Below are positions 13,300 to 24,091 of a DNA stretch of 64,000 bases, piece by piece (position 1 is the first letter of the stretch; the number at the start of each line of letters is the position of its first letter). The stretch is from Octopus sinensis (taxonomy: Eukaryota). The translations under genes and the position numbers were made by a program. The stretch lies in contig NC_043002.1 of the NCBI RefSeq assembly GCF_006345805.1, positions 84,320,001-84,384,000 on the forward strand. The letters run 5' to 3'. Below the pieces are notes generated by a model. The model saw nothing but the letters and a program-made list of their open reading frames with translations. It made no database searches and had not been told where the DNA came from.

Positions 13300-13445
13300 A
13301 CTCCTGCTGCTACACATTTTGATCTGAGTAGACTGAGCAACATGAAATGAAGTGCTCTACTCAAGAGCACAACATATGGCTTATTCCAAGCATTAAACCC
13401 AATACCTAATTATTGCGATCCCAACACCCTACCAACAAAGCCATA
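13300..13445 (-). mobile_element. SINE family D 5' part, old
   Basis: Reverse complement ttgtgctcttgagtagagcacttcatttcatgttgctcagtctactcag matches 59391-59441. Confidence 0.6.
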
Positions 13446-13607
13446 TATACATACATGTAATCCCCACCAACAAGGTCATACATACATTTGTGCATGCATA
13501 CATCCATGCATACACGGTCAACTTGTAGACAAGTATGACCATTGCAAACAAATTATCTTATTCTAGATATTAAGGACAATGGCTGTCAGAAATGCCCAAG
13601 CTGAATT

Positions 13608-14159
13608 TTAACACTTGAGCATTCAAATTGCCAAATCCGGCCTAAATATTTTACCTGTTTCACACCTACCCTCACACCTACCTCCCTATAATGTCCTCCT
13701 AAAAATAAACAATCACATCATGAAAACCTCAAAGCTACAAGATAATGCATGATTAATTTAAAGCTATGTGAATAAATAAGCATTACATTTAAATAATAAT
13801 AATGAAATTATTGTATACAGTGCTCAGGTGCACCACAACTTGTCAGAAAGTGCGTATAAAGTCCGGAAAGCGAACAATGTATGAGTCAGATACATGCTTG
13901 TGTGTGTATGGAGGGGAGAAAATCAGGTGTAGTGTTGGCGAATCTCAGAAAGCATGGAAGTTTTGAAGGATGCAGTGCTCCGATAACTAACAACTGATGC
14001 TGGCAGATTGTTCCATGCTTAAGCAACTCTCAACGTGAAAAAATGTTTCTGAAAGTCATGGGAGCTGTGCTGTTTTCTGACTTTGTAAATATGTCCACGG
14101 GTGTTAGACAGGTGGAGTTTGAAAAGGTGCTCAGAGTAATATGAATGCTAGAGGGTTAA
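13608..14159 (-). mobile_element. TTAA-bounded MITE split by a CR1 insertion
   Basis: ttaacacttgagcatt at 13608 and aatgctagagggttaa ending 14159; internal sequence is the inverse of the 5407 copy. Confidence 0.75.
13793..14138 (-). mobile_element. CR1-clade LINE 3' fragment (second family)
   Basis: Minus strand SEHLFKLHLSNTRGHIYKVRKQHSSHDFQKHFFTLRVA*AWNNLPASVV; (att)n tail. Confidence 0.9.
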
Positions 14160-14715
14160 AGTTAATAAGAGCTTGCATTACATTGCTAAGACTCTCACCA
14201 ACAAAGTGGAATAGTTCAGAAACACGCAAGCACAAGACCCTTGGCTTTGCAATGAAGTTGGTATTATTTTGGAATTTTCTTCACCTAGAGAGATGTCTAG
14301 GCTATGCACCTTCACACACACATACATAAGGTAACCTCCCATGCAGATTTTGTTTACCAGATTTAATTCATAGGCATTAGTCAATTTCTTAAGCAGGTTT
14401 AATCCCTCTGTGCAGCATCTTAAACAAGTGTCTTCCACCATAACCTTCTGTCATGAACAATAAGTAAAAGACTGCAATATGTACTGAGAGTTGTTAAGAC
14501 CAACACAGGCCATACAGTATCAGACACTGAAATACAACACTCCTCTTTATACAGATCTGCTCCCAATTGTCGATATTATCATCTACCTGTCATGGTTTAA
14601 ATATTGATCACATGTAATGGTTAAAATAAGATATTTGTTTATAACTTCAAACACTGTCTTTATTTCAAGGAGTCAACATCATCCACATAGTAACCCATTA
14701 CTCACATACACGCAT

Positions 14716-14753
<38 letters not shown>

Positions 14754-14924
14754 CCACATAACAACCCATTACACACACACACATACACACACATTTGAAG
14801 AGGCCAGGATAATGCATGCAAGACTCAAAAGAGATTTGAAGAAAAATGTTATAATCAAGAAGGTGAATCACAATGACCTTTTTGTGTGCACAGTTTGTGA
14901 CAGACTATGCTCCTTGTCAAACAG

Positions 14925-15700
14925 CTAAAATGACCCAAGATTTATTGGATGAGAATGGCATTAAAAAGCTTCCATGGTCAAGCCAGTCACCACTGTTGAA
15001 CAACTCTGACACATAATGGACAGGACACTTCATAAAAAGAACAAGAAAGCATCTTCAAAGAGCCAGATCTTTTGAGATTACTGCATGAAACTCGACAAGA
15101 AATTCCACAAGAGAATATTCATCATCTGATCAATAACATGCCAAATAGGATGCTTGCATTGAAAAATGCAAAGGGCATGTCTACAAAATATTTTTATATT
15201 CACATTATAACAATTAATAAATAATTTGAATGAATAAGTTCAGATTTGAATAAATTTTAATGATTATAATGGTGTCTATTTACTTCTGGAGGCGCAATGG
15301 CCCAGTGGTTAGGGCAGCGGACTCGCGGTCATAGGATCGCGGTTTCGATTCCCAGACCGGGCGTTGTGAGTGTTTATTGAGCGAAAACACCTAAAGCTCC
15401 ACGAGGCTCCAGCAGGGGATGGTGGCGATCCCTGCTGTACTCTTTCACCACAACTTTCTCTCACTCTTACTTCCTGTTTCTGTTGTACCTGTATTTCAAA
15501 GGGCCGGCCTTGTCACTCTCTGCGTCACGCTGAATATCCCCGAGAACTACGTTAAGGGTACACGTGTCTGTGGAGTGCTCAGCCACTTACACGTTAATTT
15601 CACAAGCAGGCTGTTCCGTTGATTTGGATCAACCGGAACCCTCATCGTCGTAACCGACGGAGTGCTTCCACCCATCCATTTACTTCTATCATGTCTGTGT
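14925..15700 (+). mobile_element. Tc1-like transposon 3' fragment; TIR interrupted by a SINE
   Basis: Homologous to 54228-54600 (LPWSSQSP..QENIHHLINNMPNRMLALKNAKGMSTKY); TIR atttacttctatcatgtctgtgta. Confidence 0.8.
15288..15677 (+). mobile_element. SINE family C, young, 10-bp TSD
   Basis: A box tggcccagtggt, B box ggtttcgattccc, CpG-rich; TSD atttacttct at 15278-15287 and 15678-15687. Confidence 0.9.
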
Positions 15701-15766
15701 ATATCTACATCTATATCTATATATATATCCGTCTCTCCACCCCACCTTACTCTCTCTCCCTCTCTA

Positions 15767-15817
<51 letters not shown>

Positions 15818-16181
15818 GTTGATTTGATTATGGAAACTGTAGTTGTGACCCCTGTGCCGGTGGCATGTAAAAAGAACCATCCGAACATGGCCGATGCCAG
15901 CGCCGCCTCGACTGGCTTCTGTGGCCGGTGGCACGTAAAAAGCACCAATCTGATCATGGCCATTTGCCAGCCTCGTCTGGCACCAGGGCCGGTGGCATGT
16001 AAAAAGCACCCACTACACTCACAAAGTGGTTGGCGTTAGGAAGGGCATCCAGCTGTAGAAACACTGCCAGATCAGGCTGGAACCTGGTGCAGCCTTCTGC
16101 CTTCCCAGATCCCGGTCGAACCATCCAAACCATGCTAACATGGAGAACAGACGTTAAACGATGATGATGATGATGATGATG
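15818..16181 (+). mobile_element. RTE-type LINE 3'UTR fragment (3 array units)
   Basis: gccggtggca(c/t)gtaaaaag x3, ggttggcgttaggaagggcatccagc, (gat)n tail. Confidence 0.9.
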
Positions 16182-16194
16182 ATATATATATATA

Positions 16195-16251
16195 TCATCA
16201 TCATCATCATCATCATCGTTTAACGTCCGTTTTCCGCGCTAGCACGGGTTG
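16195..16251 (-). mobile_element. Very short RTE 3' tip, tail-to-tail with the previous copy
   Basis: (cat)n cgtttaacgtccgttttccgcgctagcacgggttg. Confidence 0.85.
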
Positions 16252-16269
16252 TACATACACATATATTTA

Positions 16270-17075
16270 TATTTATATATATATATATATATATATAAAA
16301 ATGTACATATGTATGCACATACACACATGTACATAGGCATGCACATTCACACACACACACACATGAATGTGTTGCAGGTGCTGTGGGAGTACTACTCTTT
16401 GATCTTTGTTTAATGTGTATATTGATTTATGTGTTAGTTATACTTAACACGTCAATACATGTCATGAAATCAAATTTGTGATCAGAGAACTAGATATATA
16501 CAATATGGGTGTGCAATCATTTACATATGCACGCGCACGTGCGCACACACACACTCACATTTATACATTTCAGCACTCACCTCTTAGTAACCAGCTATTA
16601 TCTGTAAATAGAACTAGCATTTGTAAATGCAACACAATCCGCAGCTTCTATCCAGAAGCACCTTATTTCCATTACAAGCATGTTATGGTAGTAGTCGTTA
16701 TTTCAGCTGTTTTGGCCCAAGGTCAACCTTGAGGGAACAGACGATCTACAATCAAAGATTTTTTTCAAAGCAAGATCATCTCATTTGGTTTGGGTAGCAC
16801 AGAAAACTTTTTGAGTGCAGACAGAAATGTGTATTTCAGAATCTTTCTTTGCAACTGTGTGATTTTGGGTTCAGTCCCACTGTACAGCACCTTGGGCAAG
16901 TGTCTTCCACTATAGGTGGAGGAGTGGCTGTGTGGTAAGTAGCTTGCTTATCAACCACATGGTTCCGGGTTCATTCCCACTGCGTGGCACCTTGGCAAGT
17001 ATCTTCAACTATAGCCTCGGGCCAACCAAAGCCTTGTGAGTGGATTTGGTAGACAGAAACTGAAAGAAGCCCATC

Positions 17076-17113
<38 letters not shown>

Positions 17114-17889
17114 GTACATATGTATGCACATACACACATGTACATAGGCATGCACATTCACACACACACACACATGAATGTGTTGCAGGTGCTGTGGGAG
17201 TACTACTCTTTGATCTTTGTTTAATGTGTATATTGATTTATGTGTTAGTTATACTTAACACGTCAATACATGTCATGAAATCAAATTTGTGATCAGAGAA
17301 CTAGATATATACAATATGGGTGTGCAATCATTTACATATGCACGCGCACGTGCGCACACACACACTCACATTTATACATTTCAGCACTCACCTCTTAGTA
17401 ACCAGCTATTATCTGTAAATAGAACTAGCATTTGTAAATGCAACACAAATCCGCAGCTTCTATCCAGAAGCACCTTATTTCCATTACAAGCATGTTATGG
17501 TAGTAGTCGTTATTTCAGCTGTTTTGGCCCAAGGTCAACCTTGAGGGAACAGACGATCTACAATCAAAGATTTTTTTCAAAGCAAGATCATCTCATTTGG
17601 TTTGGGTAGCACAGAAAACTTTTTGAGTGCAGACAGAAATGTGTATTTCAGAATCTTTCTTTGCAACTGTGTGATTTTGGGTTTCAGTCCCACTGTACAG
17701 CACCTTGGGCAAGTGTCTTCCACTATAGGTGGAGGAGTGGCTGTGTGGTAAGTAGCTTGCTTATCAACCACATGGTTCCGGGTTCATTCCCACTGCGTGG
17801 CACCTTGGGCAAGTATCTTCAACTATAGCCTCGGGCCAACCAAAGCCTTGTGAGTGGATTTGGTAGACAGAAACTGAAAGAAGCCCATC

Positions 17890-17925
<36 letters not shown>
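16270..17925. repeat. ~811-bp tandem duplication
   Basis: 16302 onward matches 17113 onward; by eye only three 1-bp homopolymer indels; both junctions lie in (TA)n. Confidence 0.95.
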
Positions 17926-17937
<12 letters not shown>

Positions 17938-18177
17938 GTACGTATGTGTATGTATATGTTTGTAAGTCTTTGTTTGTCCCCCAACATCACTTGACAACCG
18001 ATGCTGGTGTGTTTATGTCCCTGTAACTTAGCGGTTCGGCAAAAGAGACAGATAGAATAAGTTCTAGGCTTCCAAAGAATAAGTCCTGCGGTCGATTTAC
18101 TCGACTAAAGGCGGTGCTCCAGCATGACCACAGTCAAATGACTGAAACCTGTAAAAGAGTAAAAAGAGAGTAAAGAG
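17728..18177 (+). mobile_element. SINE family A nested in an older A copy
   Basis: Full copy; the host SINE breaks at ctata and resumes tatagctccgagtc at 18178; head duplicated at 16915. Confidence 0.9.
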
Positions 18178-18285
18178 TATAGCTCCGAGTCAACTAATGC
18201 TTTGTTTGTGGGGTAATTTCAGGGAATTTGTAGAAGGAAACTGTGTGAAAGCCCATCATGTGTATGTGCGTGTGTGTGTGTGTAC

Positions 18286-18670
18286 AGGTTCAGGTGTGGC
18301 TGTGTGGTAAGAAGTTTGCTTCCAAACCACATGGTTTTGGGTTCAGTCCCACTGTGTGGAATCTTGGGCAAGGGTCTTCCTCTATAGCCTCAGGCTGACC
18401 ATAGCCTTGTGACTAAATTTGGTAGACTGTATAAATGTGTGTATATATGTGCATGCTATTGTCTTTATGTCTGTGTTTGTCCCCACCATTGCTGAACAAC
18501 TGGTGTTAGTATATTTATGTCCCCATATCTTGGCAGTTTGGCAAAACAGACTGATAGAATAAATAACTAGCTTAAAACAAAAATAAGGACTGGGGTCGAC
18601 TCGTTTGACTAAAATACTTCCAGGTGGCGCCCCATCATTGCTGCAGTCTAATGAGTGAAACAAAAAAAAA
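18286..18670 (+). mobile_element. SINE family A, older
   Basis: Head, body and 3' end recognisable. Confidence 0.85.
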
Positions 18671-18799
18671 AAAGAAAAAGAAAAAGAGAAGATATATATG
18701 TGTGTTTGTGGTTGTTCCTTCATTATTTGATAACCAGTGTTGGTTTGTCTTCATCCCTGTAATTTAGAAGTTTGGCACTAGAGGCTGAATTTTTTAACT

Positions 18800-19190
18800 G
18801 GTGTGGTAAGTAGCTTGCTTACCAACCACATGGTTCCAGGTTCAGTCCCACTGCGTGGCACCTTGGGCAAGTGTCTTCTACTATTGCCTTGGGCCGACCA
18901 AAGCCTTGTGGGTGGATTTTGTAGATGGAAACTGAAAGAAGCCCGTCGTATATATATATATGTATGTGTATGTGTATATGTTTGTGTGTCTGTGTTTGTC
19001 CCCCCCCAACATCACTTGACAACCGATGCTGGTGTGTTTACGTTCCCGTAACTTAGCAGTTCGACAAAAGAGACCGATAGAAAAAGTACTAGGCTTACAT
19101 AAGAATAAGTCCTGGGGTCGATTTGCACGACTAAAAGGTGGTGCTCCAGCATGGCCACAGTCAAATGATTGAAACAAGTGAAAGAGTAAA
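18800..19190 (+). mobile_element. SINE family A
   Basis: Near-complete copy. Confidence 0.9.
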
Positions 19191-19340
19191 CCACTCATGA
19201 ACAACATGTTGCATGTGGGAATTTCTGCATACAAAAGAAACCACCTTGAATTTTTTAGCAGTGTAGTTCACTTAATGATTAACCATGTCTCGTGTGGCCT
19301 GCTTCTCAAAAAACATTAACCCATGTCTAGACTAAATCCT

Positions 19341-19445
19341 TTAACTCTTTAGCATTCAGATTATTCTGTCAAATGTAATGCTTATGTATTCATATTCTCT
19401 TGAATTAAATATCTGTTATCTCATAGCTTGGAGATTTTGTGGGAT
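19341..19445 (+). mobile_element. TTAA MITE, 5' part
   Basis: ttaactctttagcattcagattattctgtcaaatgtaatgc. Confidence 0.7.
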
Positions 19446-19769
19446 TAGTACTGTAGCATTGAACTTTTCTCATATCTCTGCTGTAACCCCACCAGATATT
19501 GTTGATCGTATTTAAAGAAATAAAACATCTGAACAACTGAAACAAGTAGCAACATGTCAACTGTTTTATTACCTAATCCAGTGGTTCTTGATTTATGTGT
19601 CATGGAACAATAGTATGTTATGGATACAGGTTGAGAAGGAGAGAGAGAGAGAGAGGGCGATAAAAGGGAAAAAAAGGGGGTGGGAGTATAGGTGCGAGAA
19701 TTTTAACAGAATTTCTGATCTGAGTCGAAAAGTCTGGTAATATGCATCACTTTTAAGCATAACATGAAT

Positions 19770-19844
<75 letters not shown>

Positions 19845-19851
<7 letters not shown>

Positions 19852-20693
19852 GCAATAAGAAAATGGAGGGGTTCAAGAGTTGGTATTCATCAACTTATAG
19901 ACATTATACTATGTCTATTTATATATTTTAAAAAAAGACAATTATAGCAATATACATATACATACATGTATAACATATTATGCTTTACATATATAATATA
20001 TATTATATAATATATAAAATATAAAATATAAAATGCCAGTAATTATTAAAATTTTCTGTTCTACGTTATATATTTTAATAATTACTGGTATTTTTATATT
20101 TTATATTTTATATATTATACAATATATATTACATATGTAAAGCATTAATATGTTATACATAGGTGCAGGAGTGGCTCTGTGGTAAGTAGCTTGCTAACCA
20201 ACCACATGGTTCCGGGTTCAGTCCCACTGCGTGGCATCTTGGGCAAGTGTCTTCTGCTATAGCCCCGGGCCGACCAATGCCTTGTGAGTGGATTTGGTAG
20301 ACGGAAACTGAAAGATGCCTGTCATATATATGTATATATATATATGTATGTGTGTGTATGTGTTGTGTGTCTGTGTTTGTCCCCCTAGCATTGCTTGACA
20401 ACCGATGTTTGTGTGTTTACGTCCCCGTCACTTAGCGGTTCGGCAAAAGAGACCGATAGAATAAGCACTGGGCTTACAAAGAATAAGTCCCGGGGTCGAT
20501 TTGCACGACTAAAGGCGGTGCTCCAGCATGGCCACAGTCAAATGACTGAAACATGTAAAAGAGTAAAAGAGAGTAAAGAGTATGTATGTATATTGCTATA
20601 ATTGTCTTTTTTAAAAAAAATAGACTTAATATAATGTCTATAAGTTGATGAATACCAACTCCTTGATCCCCTCCATTTTCTTATTGCTATATA
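19845..20693. repeat. Large fold-back palindrome (~205-bp arms) with a SINE in the right arm
   Basis: 19845-20052 is the inverse complement of 20072-20160 plus 20581-20693. Confidence 0.9.
20161..20580 (+). mobile_element. SINE family A, young
   Basis: Full length ggtgcaggagtggc..gagtaaaagagagtaaagag. Confidence 0.92.
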
Positions 20694-20861
20694 AATTAAG
20701 AGTAAAATAACTTTTTACCCTCACCCATTTATTACACTCGGTAATGTAATTGCCTTGCAATTAAAAAACACTTGTGTATTAGTAACTGGGTATTCTACCA
20801 GCGGTACATTGGATAGATATTATCCCTTAGTTGGTTGGATTCACAACCTCTAACTCTCTTG

Positions 20862-20920
<59 letters not shown>

Positions 20921-21015
20921 TAAATACATATATACATAGGTGTGTGTGTGTGTATGTACATATATATAAATACCTACATGCACACATACATATACATATA
21001 TATATACATATATAT

Positions 21016-22260
21016 CATCATCATCATCATCGTTTGGCGTTCGTTTTCCATGCTGGCATGGGTTGGAAGGTGCAACTGGGGTCTGGGAAGCCAGAAGGCT
21101 GCACCAGGCCCAGTCTGATCTGGCAATGTTTCCTACCGCCAACCACTCCATGAGTGTAGTGGGTGCTTTTTACGTGCCACCGGCACAGGTGCCAGACGAG
21201 GCTGGCAAACGGCCACAATTGGATGGTGCTTTTTACGTGCCACCGGCACGGAGGCCAGGCGAGGCTGGCAAACGGCCACGATCGGATGGTGCTTTTTACG
21301 TGCCACTGGCACGGGGGTCAGGCGAGGCTGGCAACGGCCACGATTGGATGGTGCTTTTTACGTGCCACCGGCACGGAAGCCAGTCAGGGCAGCGCTGGCA
21401 ATGGCCACATTCGGATGGTTCTCTTATGTTCCACCGGCACTGGTATCACAGCTACAATTTCCAATCATGTTGATCGATTTTGATTTTTGATTTTGATTTT
21501 GATTTTCACTTGCTTTAACAGTTCTTCACAAGTAGAGTTTTGTGTCCCAAGAAGGAAAGGTATGCATAAGTGGACTGAGGCCATGGGTTATGGTCTCACT
21601 TGTCCTGCCGGGTCTTCTCACACACAGCATACTTCCAAAGGTCTTGGTCTCTAGTCATTTCCTCGGTGAGACCTAAAGTTCAAAGGTCGTGCTTCACCAC
21701 CTCATCCCAGGTTTTCCTGGGTCTGCCTCTTCCACAGGTTCCCTCAACTGCTAGGATGTGGCACTTTTTCACACAACTATTTTCATCCATTCTCGCCATA
21801 TGGCCATACCAGTGCAAACATCTCTCTTGCACACCGCAACTGATGCTTCTTAGGTCCAACTTCTCTCTCAAGGTACTTACACTTTGTCGAGTATGAACAC
21901 TGACATTACACATCCATCGGAGCATACTGGCTTCATTTCTTGCGAGCTTACGCATATCCTCAGCAGTCACGGCCCATGTTTCACTGCCATGTAGCATGGC
22001 TGTTCATACACATGCATCATACAGTCTGCCTTTTACTCTGAGCGAGAGGCTTTTGTCCCTAGCAGAGGTAAGAGCTCTCTGAACTTTGCCCAAGCTATTC
22101 TTATTCTAGCAGTTACACTTTCAACACACCCGCCCCCGCTACTGACTTGGTCACCTAGGTAATGGAAGCTATCAACTATTTCTAGTTTTTCTCCCTGGAA
22201 TGTGGCAGAAGTTGCTCTCTGCGCAATTTCAGTGCTTATTGCTCCTGAGCATCTGCCACA
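21016..22260 (-). mobile_element. RTE-type LINE, 5'-truncated (~1.25 kb)
   Basis: [67 protein letters not shown]; 3'UTR array of 5 units; (gat)n tail. Confidence 0.95.
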
Positions 22261-22279
22261 TATGTATATATATATATCT

Positions 22280-23620
22280 CTGCAGAAAACAACTTCCGTC
22301 ACTTTCCAGGGGGAAAAATTAGAAGTAGTTGATAGCTTCCGTTATCTAGGTGACCAAGTCAGTAGTGGGGGTGGGTGCGCTGAGAGTGTAACTGCTAGAA
22401 TAAGAATAGCCTGGGCAAAGTTTAGGGAGCTCTTACCTCTGCTGGTGACTAAAAGCCTCTCGCTCAGAGTAAAGGGCAGACTGTATGATGCATGTATTCG
22501 AACTGCCATGCTTACATGGCAGTGAAACATGGGCCGTGACTGCTGAGGACATGCGTAAGCTCATGAGGAATGAAGCCAGTATGCTCCGATGGATGTGTAA
22601 TGTCAGTGTACTTACTCGACAGAGTGTTAGTTCCCTAAGAGAAATGTTGTACCTAAGAAGCATCAGTTGTTGCGTGCAAGAGAGACGATTGCGATGGTAT
22701 GGTCATGTGGCGAGAATGGATGAAGATAGGTGTGTGAGAAAGTGCCAATCCCTAGCAGTTGAGGGAACCCGTGCAAGAGGTAGACCCAGGAAAACCTGGG
22801 ACGAGGTGGTGAAGCACGACCTTCGAACGTTAGGTCTCACCATGGAAATGACCAGAGACCGAGACCTATGGAAGTATGCTGTGCGTGAGAAGACCCAGCA
22901 AGACTAGTGAAGCCATAACCCGTGGCCCCTACCTGGGACGTAGTCAGTCCGCCTGTGCATACCTTCCTGCTTGTGACACTTGTGAAGACCTGTTGAGGCA
23001 AATCAAATCAAAGTCAAATCGAATCAAGTCAAACCAAATCAAAATAGATGAACATCAATGGAATTTGTATCCTTGTGGTACCAGTGCCGGTGGCACATAA
23101 GAAAACCATCTGAACGGGACCGTAGCCAGTACCGCAAACACCGTCCGAGCGTGGCCGTCTGCCAGCCTCGTCTGGCACCTGTGTCGGTGGCACATAAAAA
23201 CACCATCCGAGCGTGGCCGTCTGCCAGCCTCGTCTGGCACCTGTGTCGGTGGCACATAAAAACACCATCCGAGCGTGGCCGTCTGCCAGCCTCGTCTGGC
23301 ACCTGTGTCGGTGGCACATAAAAACACCATCCGAGCGTGGCCGTTCGCCAGCCTCGTCTGGCACCTGTGTCGGTGGCACATAAAAACACCATCCGAGCGT
23401 GGCCGTTCGCCAGCCTCGTCTGGCACCTGTGTCGGTGGCACATAAAATCACCCACTACACTCTCGGAGTGGTTGGCGTTAGGAAGGGCATCCAGCTGTAG
23501 AAACACTGCCAGATCTGACTGGCCTGGTGCAGCCTTCGGGCTCCCCAGACCCCAGTTGAACCGTCCAACCCATGCTAGCATGGAAAGCGGACGTTAAACG
23601 ACGATGATGATGATGATGAT
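22280..23620 (+). mobile_element. RTE-type LINE, 5'-truncated (~1.34 kb)
   Basis: EKLEVVDSFRYLGD..LHGSETW..RLRWYGHVARM..RGRPRKTW..DRDLWK; one frameshift near 22511; array of 6 units; (gat)n tail. Confidence 0.95.
23083..23453 (+). repeat. 62-bp minisatellite in the RTE 3'UTR
   Basis: Five near-identical units caccatccgagcgtggccgtctgccagcctcgtctggcacctgtgtcggtggcacataaaaa plus a diverged first unit. Confidence 0.95.
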
Positions 23621-23882
<262 letters not shown>

Positions 23883-24008
23883 AACAAAGCATTCAAACAC
23901 AAAGATTTGAAATAAGATACCACTACTGTTAATATCATCTGTGGATAAAACTGAAAATTGATACATCAACTGTCGTAACATTGGTGGTGTGCAGGCAAAT
24001 TTGAAAAT

Positions 24009-24043
<35 letters not shown>

Positions 24044-24091
24044 AAAGTCAAGATAGAAAATGCTAAAATAATTTTATAAAAAACATTATAC

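Noticed and set aside
15288-15365. tRNA gene (also 59320, 60670 and SINE A heads)
   Set aside because: A/B boxes are present, but they run into SINE bodies, the 15288 copy has a TSD, and I cannot draw a complete cloverleaf.
21016-23620. A single fold-back or twin-priming event for the RTE pair
   Set aside because: The arms differ substantially, each has its own tail and distinct UTR, and a TA spacer separates them.
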